Positions 1-11,149 of a stretch of DNA of 64,000 nucleotides are shown here, piece after piece. The stretch's first letter is position 1; each line of letters opens with the position of its first letter. The notes beneath the pieces were generated by a model that did not search any database, was not told where the DNA came from, and saw nothing but the letters and a program-made list of their open reading frames with translations. Source of the stretch: Mobula hypostoma (taxonomy: Eukaryota); contig NC_086108.1 in the NCBI RefSeq assembly GCF_963921235.1, positions 116,438,001 to 116,502,000 on the forward strand, in the 5' to 3' direction. Position numbers and translations under genes: made by a program.

Positions 1-590
1 CTTAGAAAAGTAGAGGGCTATGGGTAACGCTAGGTAATTTAAGTACATGTTGGGCGCAACATCGTGGGTCGAAGAGCATGTATTGTGCTCTAGGTTTTCT
101 ATGCATCTATGAAATGACCTCCAGGCATAAAGTCAAGCTGTCTATTGCGAATGTCCACGTTTTTCCAAATGTGAGCAAACTCTGTTCCTAAGAATCTTGA
201 AGAATAATTTCCCTTTCACTGATGATCTTGATGAGACTTTTCAAACATAGGAACAAAGCTGGTCATTCTCCAGTCATCTGACCTCAGCGGTACTTAGAGA
301 GGACACAGAGATCTCTGTGCGGGCCGTTTATCTTTCTCAGTCACCTGAAACAGATCCCATCAGGCCTCGGGGACTCTGCCACCTTAATGTTCCCCGGAGG
401 GACCATGGGATATCCGCTATGTCCTTTTCCTTGGTGAATACCAGTAAAGGAGGACGAGAGGTGACTTTGATAGAGATTATAAGACTTTGACTTTGACAAG
501 ATGGTAAGAGGCATAGCTCAAGTGGACAGCCAGAGACTTTTCCCCAATATGGAAATGACTCATAATAAGTTCTAAGTCATGGATTCAAAA
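1..590. mobile_element. Decayed CR1 LINE fragments (plus-strand 3' end at 1-110, then minus and plus ORF2 relics)
   Basis: 1-110 resembles the CR1 3' end at 13910-14020 (GAGGGCTATGGGTAA...GTATTGTGCT...TTTCTATG); the rest resembles ORF2 pieces of other copies in the window. Confidence 0.7.
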
Positions 591-599
591 TTTGGGCCT

Positions 600-1260
600 G
601 AGGGTGGAGGAGCTAGGGGCCAGAGGGGATTACGGAGACAGAGATGGGTCAAAGATGGAGATGGGTGTAGGGGCCAAAGGGGTTACAGAGATGGAGATGT
701 GTGTAGGAGCTAGAGGAGTTACAGAGACAGAGATGGGTGTAGGCGCCAGAGGGGTTACAGAGAGGGAGATAGATTTAGGGGTCAGAGGGGCGTTACAGAG
801 GTAGAGATGGATTTAGGGGCTAGATGGGGTTTGTAGAGACGGGGAGGAGAGTAGAGGCCGCAGGAAGTTGTTACATATACAGGGAACAGGGTGGGGGCCA
901 AGATGGGGTGAATTTACAGATACAGGGAAGGGTATAGACAGCGGAGAGGGTACAGAGACGGGGAGGGGTGCATGGGCTGGAGAGGGGCTACAGAGACAGT
1001 AAATTGTGGGAGACGGGAAAGGGCGTAGGGTACGGTACGCAAGATTTACAGATACAGGGAAGGGTATAGAGACCGGAGGGGGTACAGAGACGGGGAGGGG
1101 TGCATGGGCCGGAGAGGGGCTACAGAGACAGTAAATTGTGGGAGACGGGAAAGGGCGTAGGGTATGGTACGGAAGATTTACAGGGAAAGGGAAGGCTGTA
1201 GGTGTCGGTGGTGTTCACAAAGACAGGGAGGTGAACAGGACCAGAAGGGAATTACAAAAA
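600..1260 (+). repeat. G-rich degenerate minisatellite (~36-bp unit GGGGTTACAGAGATGGAGATGGGTGTAGGGGCCAGA) plus a ~120-bp tandem duplication
   Basis: Repeated GARGVTE.E.G. in ORF 592..804; about 913-1043 is repeated at about 1044-1175. Confidence 0.85.
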
Positions 1261-1399
1261 AGAGGAGAGCAGAGGTCGCTCTGTGTTCCAGCCCCGTCTC
1301 ACCTCCTCCCTGCACACACACATATACCAGTGCCCGGGGAATCCGGGAGCTCACAGTGTAATATTGAAGGTGGGAAATAAACGGATTATCCGTGAGTTT

Positions 1400-1436
1400 A
1401 TTGGTTTATTGCAACCTGGCGCGTCACCATGGAAAC
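1400..1436. promoter_or_regulatory. Candidate promoter module: RFX X-box GTCACCATGGAAAC (1423-1436), overlapping CRE-like half site GCGTCA, and CCAAT box (ATTGG 1400-1404)
   Basis: Close match to the RFX consensus GTNRCCATGGNAAC in non-repetitive, CpG-containing sequence. Confidence 0.5.
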
Positions 1437-1654
1437 AATACCGAGACACAGTGAAGACATAATGTGCCTCTAAATCGATCAGAGCGGATGAACATTGACG
1501 AGGCGAGGAGTTTGTTTACCAAAGTGCTTCAGCTCAGGAGGCCTTTCGCTCCATCCAGCCGATTCTAGCCCTCGGAAAGAGTCTCCTGTCAAATCCACTC
1601 CACCGAAGCTTGAAGCTTGAATAGCGAACTATAGAGCACTAGAGACATAGAGTT

Positions 1655-1970
1655 AAAATTCAAAGTTCAAAGTAAATTTATTATCAAAATATATACTGTA
1701 TATGCCACCATATATGTGTCGGAGAATCATTTTCTTGCGGGTATTCACAATAGAAACGAAGAAACACAACGAAATCAATGAGAATCTGAAGAAGACAAAG
1801 ACGAACAAACGACCAATGTGCAAAAGGCAACAAACTGCAATCCATAAATTAAAATAGTAATTGATAATATTGAGAACATGAGTTGTAGAGTCCTTGAAAT
1901 TGAGTTGATAGGTTGTGAAATAAGTTCAGTGTTGGGTGAGCGAAGTTATCCACGCTGGTTCTGGAGAGAA
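1655..1970 (-). mobile_element. Rex1/Babar-type 3' tail (LINE end or non-autonomous derivative)
   Basis: Reverse complement of the tail at 45000-45205 (ATAAATTTACTTTGAACTTTG). Confidence 0.7.
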
Positions 1971-1974
1971 AGGG

Positions 1975-3160
1975 AACATGACGTCGGGTATGACGGCACA
2001 TAAACAGGCCATTCGCCCCATCTGGACTAATGCTACCTGTTTTCAGTCTAGTCCCATCGACCCGCACCTAGACCATAGCCCATCAAACCTCTCTGATCCA
2101 TGTACCTATCTAAACCTCCCTTAAATGTTGCAAGTGGTGAATCTGTGGAATTCATTGCCACAGACGGCTGCGGAGGCCGGTTCATTGCGTATGGTTGAGG
2201 CGGAGTTTGAAAGGTTCTTGATTAGTCAGCGCGTCAAAGGTTACGGCGAGAAGGCAGGAGAATGGGATCAAGAGGGATAATAAATCAGCCATGGTGGAAT
2301 GGTGGAACAGACTCGATGGATCGAATGGCCTGGTTCGGCTCCTATTCTTCGATAGTAGTCTTATGACCTAATTGAACCCGCATCTAGCACTTCCATTGGC
2401 AGCTCCTACCATACTCTCACCGTCCTCTGTGTGGAGAAATTCACCTTAAATTCCACACCAATATTTCACTCTTAACCCCAAAGCTATGGTCTCTAGTTGT
2501 ATTCTCACCCAAACTCAGGGAGAAACACTTGCATGTATTCAGCCTATCTATACCCCTTATAATTTTACATCCCTCTAAGTTCTCTCCTCATTCTCCTATG
2601 CCCCAGCGAATAAATTGTTAAGTTATTCAACCTTACTCTATAACTTTGGGTCCTCAACTCCCGGCAACATCTTTGTAAAACTTTTCTCTACACTTTAAAT
2701 CTTATTGACATTTTTCCTGTATATGGCGGACCAGAACTGCGCACAATTGTCCAAATTAGTCCTTAGTTGCATAGGTCTTATACAACTTCAACATAACATC
2801 CCATCTCCTGTACTGAATTCTTTGATTTCTGAAGGCCAATGTGCCAAAGGTTTTCTTCGATCCTATCTATGTGTGAAGTCACTTTCAATGAATAAAGGAT
2901 CAGTATTCCCAGACACTTTGTTCCACTGCACTCCTCAGTGCCCTACTGGTCCGTGTAAGACCTACCCTGGTTTGTCCTGCAAAGAGCAACACCTCGCACT
3001 TGTCTGCATTAAATTCCATCTGCCATTTTCAGCCCATTTTACAGTTGTGCGGGACCCTTCTGTAATCTTTGATATCCTTCCTTCCTGTCCACTACATCCC
3101 CAATCTTGGTGTCATCTGCACACTTGCCGACCCCGTTTACCACATTATCATCTAAGTCTA
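1975..3160 (-). mobile_element. Old CR1 3' portion containing a nested plus-strand CR1 3' end (about 2133-2365)
   Basis: Degenerate RT C-terminal and 3' UTR motifs; the insert carries GTGGTGAATCTGTGGAATTCATTGCCACAG. Confidence 0.75.
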
Positions 3161-3271
3161 CTTTGGTTTTCAAAGGCTATGGGCGGACGGGACGATGCAG
3201 AAAACCAGGCTGGCACAGACTAGATGCGCTGAAGAGCCCGTTTCTGTGCTGCTGTGGTCTAAGGTGGTGAA

Positions 3272-3450
3272 TCTTTGCGCGCGTTTCCCCGGGTGCTCCG
3301 GTTTCATCCCACATCCCCAAAGACCTGCAGGTCGGTGCGTTAACTGGACGCTGTGAATTGTCCCCAGGGTGTGGCTGAGTGGTGGAAGCTGGGGGGAGTT
3401 GATGGGAATGCGAGGGAATGAAATGGGACCGGGATAGGATTAAGGTCAAG
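3272..3450 (+). mobile_element. V-SINE (HE1-like) fragment
   Basis: V-domain-like GTTTCCCCGGGTGCTCCGGTTTCATCCCACATCCCCAAAGAC. Confidence 0.8.
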
Positions 3451-3679
3451 GAGTGGGTGAAATGTGCGGGTCCAGCCTTTCTCTGCAGTGACACATCTCT
3501 CTGCAACTCTCTGCAAACTGTTCAATCCTGTTCTTTTTGTCACAATGTACAATGTTTTTCTTCCTACCGATGTTAGACAAACAGGAGATGCCTCCTGTAT
3601 TCCCCCACCCCCTCCCAGCTGCCTTCAGAAGTTTCTTACACACTGGCGGAGTTTACGGCAGGGGGATTTGAAAGAATTT

Positions 3680-4262
3680 CAGAATTGAGGGTCGTCCGTT
3701 TAGAACTGAGATGAGGAGGAATTTCTTTCGCTAGAAGATGGTGAATCTGTGGATTCGTTGCCAATGGTGGCTCTGGTGGCCAAGTCATTGGGTATATTTA
3801 AGGCAGATTCGTGATCAGTCGGGCCATGAAGGGATACTGGGAGAAGGCAGAAGATTGGGGCTGAGTGGAAAATGGATCAGCCACGATGAAATGGCTGAGC
3901 AGGCTCGACGGGCCGAATGGCCTAATTCAGCTGATATTTCTTATGTTCTACAATGTGTGTGACAGATAAGGTGGACCTTTTCCCAGGGTATCGGAGAGCA
4001 CGGGTTAAAGTGAGAGGGTAGGGATTAAAAGGGACATGAAGGACAACTTTTTCACACAGACGAAAATGGGTGTATGGAACGAGCTGCCAGAGGAAGTGGT
4101 CGAGGCGGGGACTGTCTACCGTGTATCAGATCGTTAGAGAAGTACACGGGTACGGAAAGTTTAGAAGGATCTGGGCAAAGCGTAAGCAAATGGAAGCGTC
4201 TGATGTAGAAGTCTAAATCGACACGGAAGAGTTGGGCCAAAGGGTTTCAGTGCTGTATAACT
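3680..4262 (+). mobile_element. Two tandem CR1 3' ends
   Basis: FRTEMRRNFF / MVNLW coding relics and CR1 3' UTR motif GGGCCGAATGGCC. Confidence 0.8.
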
Positions 4263-5899
4263 TTCTGATCTGCTCAGATGAGCGAGAGTTTCGGACTCTC
4301 ACCCTGGGGAGGTCTGTCTGCTGCCTGTCGGCTGAGGACGCGTCACGCCTGTTGTACGGATCCGACGCCACATCCCGTTACCGCGAGCTTGCGGTCGCTT
4401 GGTGACAGAGCGGGTGTCCGTCCCACAGAATAAACTGATCCGTCCGTTCGGCGTCTGATCCGATCACTGAGAACCAAGACTAGAATTAACTCTTCATTCT
4501 CCACGTTCACACCACAGTTTGTCAAGATCTCGGGATAAGAAAGTTCTTTGAGAAATGGGAGGTAGTGTTGGTCTAGTAGGACCTTGGTCTCGGGTCCTAA
4601 GTGGAGTACACGATGGCAGCCCCCACCCAGCTGCTGCAAGGGACCGAGGGGCTGTTTACAAAGGGGGAGTAGCGCCCAGGCATCCGCCTACCCTCCACCA
4701 AATGTCCTATCAATGTTCACTCAATAGCCCACGGATATCTACACAGTAACAGGTCAATATGTAGCCTTCTCACCCACTGACTTGTCAATCAGTGTCCGAT
4801 TAGCCATCAGCCCTTGGGCCTTTCGAGAGGTGAGGGATTCGCCCCCACGCTCAGTATGTGGACAGGAGAGTGGGTGTGCGACGGAAGGGACGAGTGGGTG
4901 TCCCTGGGCCTGAGGGGAGGGAGGAGGGAGTCAGAGGGTGGAGCGGTTCAGGGAGCTTGTCATGAGGAACGGCAGACGAGTGAGGGCTTCCTCGACAGCT
5001 GGCCCCACAGGTGGGGAGGGCGTGACTGGCGTTACTGGTGAAGGGGTAGTGGGAAAGGGAGGATAAGGTCTGGGTCGTTCCTGTTGCACCGAGGATGGGA
5101 GCGAAGGAGATAGACTCGGGCTGAGATGGAGAGGGGAACAGTAACTCCGGGAATGGACGCCAACTGGCAAGATGAAATGCCTTCACTCTGTGTCTCCGGG
5201 AGGAAAGGGGGTAATTTAATTTGGCTAAGACGAAGGCTTCTGCTGACTGAGTTGACGGAGAGTGTTGGGAGACAGCTGAGGGTATTGGGACTGACTTGAT
5301 CCACACGGGCCGAATGCTCTACCGCTGTGTTGTAGATACTCCGCGAGGTCGGCTGTTGGAGGAGTATCGGAAGACGGACAGTGGACAGTTCGCGTGAGAT
5401 TCGACTGATGCGGACTTGCCCGCTGTTTGGTTCCTCGCTCCGGATTCCAGCACTGGCCGTCTCCCGTGTGGACTTGGTTTCCAATTGCTGACTCAGGAGT
5501 GGAAGCAACAGATTATCGTCATTAAACATTAAATCCCATCCAGCAGGAATAATGATCTGGGTGAAATAATTACAGGAAGTCGATGAGGGGATAATGTGGT
5601 TTATGGATTTCAGTGCGATCGATAAAACGCTCAGGAGAACAGTCTCTGCCCCTTCAGACTCTCTTGTATAAATTAGAGAGCGGAACCCTCGGTGAATCAG
5701 AATGAAGATCGCTGCTGGAATCTAATGAAGCCGTTCAGTGTCAGCACTGCGAACGAATCGAATGTACTCGCCATCATTCATCGATCTCGTTAGGGATAAG
5801 TATTCTCCACTTCCGTTGATACCCAGCGAAGTGTATAAACTGGACGACTCGGGATCCAAAGGGTTCATATCCCAGCACTGCAGCTCAGCTTTTAATGAT

Positions 5900-6600
5900 C
5901 AGAGTCATAGCCACACCGCACGAACACAGGCCCTTCGGGCCAACTGGCCCATGCCGACCAGGATGCCCATTCAAACTAGTCCAATTTAGAACATTAAACG
6001 CCCATAATGCTGTGCCGACCCTTTAACCTACCCCAAGACCATCCTAACTCTACCCTTCCACATAGGGCTCCACTTTTCTTTAGAAGGTTATGAGCCCGTG
6101 TTTGGCCCATCGCTTTCTAAACCTTTCCAATCATGCACCTGCCCAGAGAGTCATAGAACACTATTTCGGCTATCTAGTTGTGCTGAAATATTAATCTGCC
6201 TTGCCCCATTGTCCTGCATCTGGACTATAGCCCCCCATTCCCCTCCCAACCATGTACAATACCTATCCAAATTCCTCGTACATGTAGAAATCGAACCCAC
6301 ATCCACCGCCTGCTCTGGCAGCTCATTCCACACTCTCGCCACCCTCTCAGTGAAGACGTCCCTTCCCATGTTCCCTTTAAACGTTCCACCTTTCACTCTT
6401 AACCCATGACCATGACCTCTGGTTGTAGTCTCGCTCAACCTCAGTGGAAGAAGCCTGCTGGCATTTACCGTATTTATGCCCCTCATAATTTTATATACCT
6501 CTATCAAATCTCCCCTCATTCTCCTGCCTATTTTAACAGTTGTTATTATACCTGCCTCTACCACTTCCTCCTGCAGCTCATTCCACATGCACACCAGCCT
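5900..6600 (-). mobile_element. Several nested CR1 3' fragments
   Basis: ORF 6151..6594: RMRGDLIEVYKIMRG...TRGH...WNELP (CR1 ORF2 C-terminus). Confidence 0.85.
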
Positions 6601-6764
6601 TGGAATAGAAACCTTGAGTCTCGTTCTTCTTGGGTCGCTCCCCTCTCACCTGCCACCCGTGCCTTCTTGGTCTTGATTTCCCCACTCCTGAGTAAAAGAC
6701 AGTGCACACACCCTATTATACACACAGATCTGTGCTCCTTCCTGATTTTATACAAACAGGGACC

Positions 6765-7560
6765 ACTCCAGTCGGCACCTCCTTCACTGTTATATTCCGC
6801 TGTTTTAACCCATCTACTTCAAGGTTCGACGTAGAACCACAGACACGAGGAAACCCGCAGATGCTGGAGATCCAAAGCAACGTTGGAGGAATTCAATAGG
6901 TCAGGCAGGAGTCATGAAGAAGTGTCTCGGTACGAAATGTCAGAAGTTTACACTTTTCCTGGATGTTGCCTGGCCTGCTGAGTTCCTCCAGCATTTTGTG
7001 TGTTTTGCTCAAGGTTCGATGTGTTGTTCATTCAGAGATTCTCTTCTGCACACCACTGTTGTGAAGTGTGATTATTGAGTTACTGTCGTTTTCCAGGCAG
7101 CTTGAATCAATCTGGCCGTTCTCCTCTCACTTCCCTCATTAACAGCATTTTACCCACAGAATTGCTGCTCACTGGATTTTTTTTTTTCCGGAGCATTCAC
7201 TGTGAAGGCTACGGACAGTTATGTGTGAAAATCCCAGGAGATCAGCAGTTTCTGAAATACTCAGACCACTACGTTCATGCCTGGCTGTCCTTGGAGAGGG
7301 AGCATGCGGTCAGAGTTATGGTTACAGTGGGGGATTTCCAGGAGCAGTCGCCCCCTTTCCCCAGGGAATTGACTGTCATTCCACCGTCCAAGTCACTTAG
7401 ATCACATTTCTTCTCCCGTACTGATATTTGGTCTGAACAACAACTGAACCTCTTGACCATGTCTGCATGCTTTTATTCATTCAGTCACTGCCACGTGATT
7501 CTCTGATTAGATATTTGCATTAACGAGCAGGTGTACCGAATAAAGTGGCCGCCGAATGTC
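6765..7560. mobile_element. Tc1/mariner-like non-autonomous DNA element, interrupted by two small inserts
   Basis: Right end GCAGGTGTACCGAATAAAGTGGCC resembles the reverse complement of a Tc1-type TIR; left TIR is very degenerate. Confidence 0.55.
6833..7008. mobile_element. Short Penelope pLTR-derived insert flanked by a 14-bp duplication TCAAGGTTCGAYGT
   Basis: Duplication at 6819-6832 and 7009-7022; contains GCAGATGCTGGA and GCCTGGCCTGCTGAGTTCCTCCAGCATTTTGTG in opposite orientations. Confidence 0.7.
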
Positions 7561-7759
7561 AAACTCTCAGTCTCCTACGATCGAAGGAATAAAATCCTGA
7601 ACTACCCTCTCCCTATAACTCAGTCCTTCAAATTTCAGCAATTATTCACCCATTAATTACGAAGTAATCTTGGATTAAACCCTAGTCTCAGTTAAGGCAG
7701 ACAGAAGAGAGACTGCGGAATCCGGAATCTTTATTTCCTTAGAGATACAACACGGAAAA

Positions 7760-7870
7760 GACCCAGCAACCCCCGATTTAACCCTACCCTAATCACGAAA
7801 CTATTTGCAATGACCAATTAACCTAGTAATCGATATGTCTTTGGACTGTGGGAGGAAATCGGACCACACA
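7760..7870 (-). mobile_element. V-SINE fragment
   Basis: GTCTTTGGACTGTGGGAGGAAA is the reverse complement of the V-domain. Confidence 0.7.
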
Positions 7871-7949
7871 TAGAGTGTACACACACTCCGACGCCCCGGG
7901 CTGTTGTGTGTGTGCGTTGTCATGGTGAAGGTAACCATAAAATTACCGA

Positions 7950-8810
7950 GTTTATTTTTTTTACGAAATTACAAAAGTTTATTTACACGACAAACACACA
8001 AAGTACAAACATTCAGTATTTAAAAGATAGTGAATAAACTCAAATCAAAATATGATTATTACTGTCTATAAAACAGCCAATTCCCTGGAGAGGGGCACTG
8101 CTCCTGGAAACCACCCACTGTACCCATTGCGACCACATGCTCCCTCTCCAAGGAAAGCCGGGCACGAACTTGCCCTTGGAAAAGAGGCAGGCAGTCGGCT
8201 CTGGCAGAGCGCCTCGACCCATGAATGGCCACCTCGGCCAGGCCCAGGGGCAACCGCACCAGGAGATCCTCTTCACGACCAGCCCCCCGCCCCCTTCCGA
8301 ACTGGGTGTCGTGACATGAGGAGCGCGGGACTAAAGAGCAACCAAGAGCGGAGCAGCAGCCCCTTCAGAAACTCAGACAGGGGCTGCACCTCTCACACTC
8401 CATATAAATATGGTACGGTGACTCCTCCCGGCCACAGAATGGGTAGGTGGACAGGGTGTCAGTGAACCTGCTCAAAAATCTGTTGCACGGTACTGCCCGG
8501 TGCTACACCTTCCAGAGGTCCCCAAATGTACAGGGGAAACACCCCTGCATAAAGAGGTTTCCACTGGGGCCTACGAGATTTTATTGATACAGCCAGCTCG
8601 CCTGTGTATTTTAAAATACTGTACATTGGACAAATACCAAGGTAGAGAAAGCCACGAACTAAATGCAGGTAACTGGCACTAGTACACAGACAAGGGACCG
8701 AACGGCCTTCTCTCAACTGTACCCTGTAATTCCGAGACGTCTGAGATGGGAGGGATCGAGACGACACTGGATTTGGTTAGGGAAAGGCACGGGTCTCAGG
8801 GTCTCAGAGA
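7950..8810 (-). mobile_element. Tx1-like (L1 clade) LINE 3' end; a related short piece lies on the plus strand at about 7270-7370
   Basis: Minus-strand peptide LGLAEVAIHGSR...DCLPLFQGQVRARLSLEREHVV, with AATAAA and an A-rich tail at about 7950-7985. Confidence 0.75.
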
Positions 8811-8832
8811 TGAAACGTTCACGCTGTCTGAG

Positions 8833-9060
8833 ACGGCACAGTAGCGTGCTGCTATAATATCGTCAGCGACTCGGGTTCATTTCCCTCTGCTGTGCAAGGA
8901 GTTTGTATGTTCTCCCTGTGACAATGTGGATTTTATCTGGGTACTCCGGCTTCCTCTCAGAGTCCAAAGGCGTACGGTTCAGTGGGTTAATCGGTCAGAA
9001 GGGTGTAATCGGACACACTGCCTCATTGGTTGTCAGGGCCTGTTACTATGCTGCATCCTT
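8833..9060 (+). mobile_element. tRNA-headed V-SINE, degenerate
   Basis: GGCACAGTAGCG...GGGTTCA head followed by GGAGTTTGTATGTTCTCCCTGTG...GGGTACTCCGGCTTCCTC. Confidence 0.8.
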
Positions 9061-9084
9061 AAATAACATTTTTCAAAGTCTCTT

Positions 9085-9175
9085 TCTCCACACATGCTGC
9101 CTGGCCTGCTGAGTGTTTCCAGCGCTCCCTGTTTTTGCTGCAGATTTCCAACATCTGCAGTGTTTTTGTTTCTCA
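9085..9175 (+). mobile_element. Penelope pLTR-like tail fragment
   Basis: ATGCTGCCTGGCCTGCTGAG...GATTTCCAACATCTGCAG. Confidence 0.65.
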
Positions 9176-9789
9176 TGGACAGGAGTAGATAGACCGAACG
9201 GCCTATTATCGGTGCTGAATCCGTGTATCCCGAGTAATCCGCAGTCTGGCTTAATGAGAGCTTCAGAGAAAGGCTCGGGCGGTGCGGAGCAGCTCTGAAG
9301 GTCAAACACACGAGCATTTCTCCGCACACAGTCGCTTCATTATTTATACCCCGGCCTGATGCAGCCTGTTTAAATTTTCATCAGCTCCGATTGCTTCCAC
9401 TTCAGTCTCCAGTCACTTCCCTTTCGTCCTCCCGCCCCTGACGCCTCAAGAATTTGCCGAGTGCCCACATTTTCTCCAGATCCTGTGTGGGGATTAGTCC
9501 AACGTTCCCCAGTGTCCCCACCCCCCCCCCCCCCCCCCCCCCCCGCCCGTTGCTTCAGAGATTCCGGGCAAATCTGTTTCAATTCAGTCCCGCCGCACCT
9601 TGTGGATTCCGTCCCACAGCCGGGAGTCGTGGGGATCGGAGGGCGGAGTCGCTCACATGGAAGGTCCAGACCGTGTGAGGGGCGGGGGGCAGCTTTGGAC
9701 TGGATCTCACCCTCGAGAGAGGACGTGGGAATCGAAATTAAAACAGTATTGCGGAGATGGGACGAAACGCAAATCCAGTCCGTGCTAAC

Positions 9790-9990
9790 AGTGTCTCGGG
9801 GACCAAGCGAGACAAATTCCCCACGTTTACAGTGTCCCGAGGAGCGAGCGGGACAGATTCCCCAGGGAGACCGTGTCTCAGGGAGCGAGCGGGACAGATT
9901 CCCCAGAGAGACAGTGTCTCAGGGAGCGAGCGGAAGGACTTTCCGGGGAAACTGTGTGTCAGGGAGCGAGCGGGACAGACTCCCCGGGGA
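9790..9990 (+). repeat. ~41-bp minisatellite (GTGTCTCAGGGAGCGAGCGGGACAGATTCCCC...), about 5 copies
   Basis: Directly visible repeated GGAGCGAGCGGGACAG. Confidence 0.9.
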
Positions 9991-10229
9991 GGTGCTGACA
10001 GCGGCTGTCATTAATAGTGAAATGCACACCCCGCGTTAATGTGATAAATGTTGCAGTAAAACTGGGCACAGCAAGATCCCATAGACAGAAAGGGGGCACG
10101 TCCCTCCACTCTCGTTTTCCACAACACTTCCACCACTCTCTGACTGTAGCCATAAGGAATCACTCTCATCATGCTAAACCTACGTCCTTGGTTCAGCATG
10201 AACCATTGCAAAAAAAAAGTATAACAAAC

Positions 10230-10770
10230 CCTCTACTTTCTTAGAAACTTACCAGGATTCAGCATACCTTCTAAAAATCTGACAAACTTCCATAAATGTG
10301 CGGTGGAGAGTATATTGATTGGTTGCATCAACAATGCTCTTGAGCGGAAAGCCTTTAAATATACGGACCCAGTCCATCATGGACAGAGCCGTCCCCACCA
10401 TTGAGCACACCTACACAGAACACTATCGCAGGAAAGCAGCATCCATCATTAAGGACCCCGCTACCCAGGACATGCTTTCTTTACACTGCTGCCATCAGGA
10501 AGGAGGTACGGGAGCGTTAGGACTCACACCACCAGGTTCAGGAACAGTATTACCCTTCAACCATCAGCCTCTTGAACTAGAGCGGGGGCGGGGTTGTGGG
10601 TAGGTTCACTCAGCTTCCCTTGCCCCATCACAGAACTGTTCCCACAACCTACGGACTCACTTTCAAAGACTCCTCATCTCACGTCCTCAATATTTATTGC
10701 GCATTTATTATAATTTCCTTTTATGTTTCATTGCATTAATGGTGAATGCCCGCAAGAAGTTGAACTTATA
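10230..10770 (+). mobile_element. Rex1/Babar-type LINE 3' end
   Basis: Relics of TLTNFYRC, KAASIIKDP, LLPSGRRY and RFRNSYYP; homologous to 44560-45190. Confidence 0.8.
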
Positions 10771-11149
10771 AGCAACACCCATAGCCGTAACCTCGTCAAT
10801 CCACATTGTCACTTCTTCAAAAAACTCAGTCATATATGTGAGACTTGATTTCCCCCACACAAAGCTCTGCTGGCTGTCCTTAATAGGTTTCGAGCTTTCC
10901 AAACGCTGAAAGATGTGTCTTTCAGAATCCACATAGGCAACATCCCCACCTCTGATGTTGGGCTCACTGGCTTGTGCTTCCCTAGCTTGCTCCACCAGCC
11001 CTTCTTCAATAAACATACAGCATTAACAACCACCCCAAACTCCTCCTCCCCCACCAAACATACATACATACCCCTCCCCATACACCACCCTCAGCTAAAC
11101 ACCGTGGAATTATCTCTGCCAGGCCTTCAATGATGTTTTTCTCTTGCTG

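Noticed and set aside
5032..5529. 165-aa minus-strand ORF
   Set aside because: Overlaps degenerate CR1-like tail sequence; no domain or supporting exon structure
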